Assembly (NCBI GenBank): GCA_965215505.1
Contig: OZ244065.1
Coordinates: 288,001-352,000, forward strand
Direction of reading: 5' to 3'
Length of the DNA stretch: 64,000 nucleotides
DNA from: Capsulimonadaceae bacterium
GTDB lineage: Bacteria > Armatimonadota > Armatimonadia > Armatimonadales > Capsulimonadaceae
Both the position numbers and the translations under genes were made by a program. Of the stretch, positions 63,096 through 64,000 are shown one piece after another (position 1 is the first letter of the stretch; the number at the start of each line of letters is the position of its first letter). The notes below the pieces were generated by a model. It saw only the letters and a program-made list of their open reading frames with translations, ran no database searches and had not been told where the DNA came from.

Positions 63096-64000
63096 TCAGA
63101 GCAGGGCCGAGGCGACGACGTTGAGCCAGAGCCGGCGGAGGCGCAGGAAGCGGCTGCCGTCCTCGCCCCGGTTGACGACGCGGTTGGTGAGCAGCACCAG
63201 GGACGTGTCAACCGTCGGATCAATCAGCAAGGCCGTTCCGGTGAAGCCGGAGTGCCCGAAGGACTGGTCGGAGAAGAGGTCGCCCTGCGGCAGATAGTCG
63301 TTGCCGGGGCAGAACCAGCCGTAGGACTGCGCCCCGACCGAGGCGGGGATCTGGCTGGCCGCCATGCGCCGGGCCGAGGCGCGGGAAAGCAGCGGCCCGC
63401 CGCCGGTCCGGATCGCCTCGGCGTAGGCCAGGACGTCTTCCGCCGTCCCGAACAGCCCGGCGTGGCCCGCCACCCCGCCCATGTCCCGCGCCCGAGGGTC
63501 ATGCACGCGGCCCGGCGGCTCCGGCCCCGTCGGGGCGATGGAGCCGCGCTCACCTATCTGCGGCAGGAAGCCCAAAGTCTTCCGGCCGAGCGGGCCGGCG
63601 ACCCCGGCCTGGAAAAACGCCTCCAATGGCTGCCCAGCGATGCGGGCGATGATCTCCCCGAGCAGGATGTAGCCGGTATCCGAGTAGGTGTAGCCCGCCC
63701 CGGCGGGCCGCAGGGCGGGCGTCGTCAGGACGGCCTGGACCATGTCGCGCCGCGTAGGGTTCGTGCCCTCAGCAGGCCAGCGCGGGATGGGCGGCAGGCC
63801 CGAGGTGTGCGTCAGCAGGTGGCGAAGCTCCACGCCGCTCAGGTGGGGCAGGGGGCCGAACTCCGCTTCAAAGAACGGGTGGACCGGCTGCCGCAGGTGC
63901 AGTCGTCCCGCCTCGGCGAGCTGCAAGAGGCAGGTCGCGGTCGCCGTCGGCTTGGTGAGGGACGCCAGATCGAACCGCGTGTCGTCCGCCGCCGCCCCGA
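63096..64000 (-). CDS. Serine hydrolase (beta-lactamase family), 5'-truncated by the window
   Basis: 'FDLASLTK' near the window end, 'LLTHTSGL', 'YSDTGY', 'GVAGHAGLF', 'GHSGFTG'. Confidence 0.9.
   Translation of the reverse strand, partial: GAAADDTRFDLASLTKPTATATCLLQLAEAGRLHLRQPVHPFFEAEFGPLPHLSGVELRHLLTHTSGLPPIPRWPAEGTNPTRRDMVQAVLTTPALRPAGAGYTYSDTGYILLGEIIARIAGQPLEAFFQAGVAGPLGRKTLGFLPQIGERGSIAPTGPEPPGRVHDPRARDMGGVAGHAGLFGTAEDVLAYAEAIRTGGGPLLSRASARRMAASQIPASVGAQSYGWFCPGNDYLPQGDLFSDQSFGHSGFTGTALLIDPTVDTSLVLLTNRVVNRGEDGSRFLRLRRLWLNVVASALL

Noticed and set aside
1-64000. tRNA/rRNA genes or riboswitches
   Set aside because: None recognisable by eye; a covariance-model scan would be needed to exclude them

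Overview
High-GC bacterial chromosomal window. Gene content and style suggest a diderm soil bacterium, possibly Armatimonadota (inference only). Left to right: (1) end of a carbohydrate ABC transporter and an unclassified GH-like protein; (2) MacAB-type efflux/ABC trio; (3) a ~26 kb minus-strand hemicellulose (xylan) locus (GH52, GH43, GH29, 2x GH51, GH10-CE6 fusion, GH3, GH31-PA14, double esterase, GH39, LacI, GH30, CE15), with an IS1-family element inserted in the first codons of the GH31 gene (8-bp TSD); (4) PhyH-like dioxygenase/AraC pair; (5) two related cassettes of secreted DUF11-type Ig-fold proteins plus a large outer-membrane beta-barrel (37.6-56.4 kb); (6) serine hydrolases, SDR, an orphan phage-type replication-initiator-like gene and sugar oxidoreductases. 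The main hypothesis concerns the DUF11 cassettes. They read as a complete surface-filament system in which a DUF11 domain is split between a subunit's C-terminus (Lys plus acidic residue) and the next subunit's N-terminus (Asn/Asp). This would give donor-strand and possibly intermolecular isopeptide polymerisation, with tip, shaft, base, chaperone-like and usher-like parts, and both cassettes sit behind matching sigma-28-like promoters. Also seen are three copies of a ~145-bp nested-palindrome element, GTAG-type REP hairpins and short tandem repeats at gene junctions. All family calls come from visual motif recognition; no searches were run.
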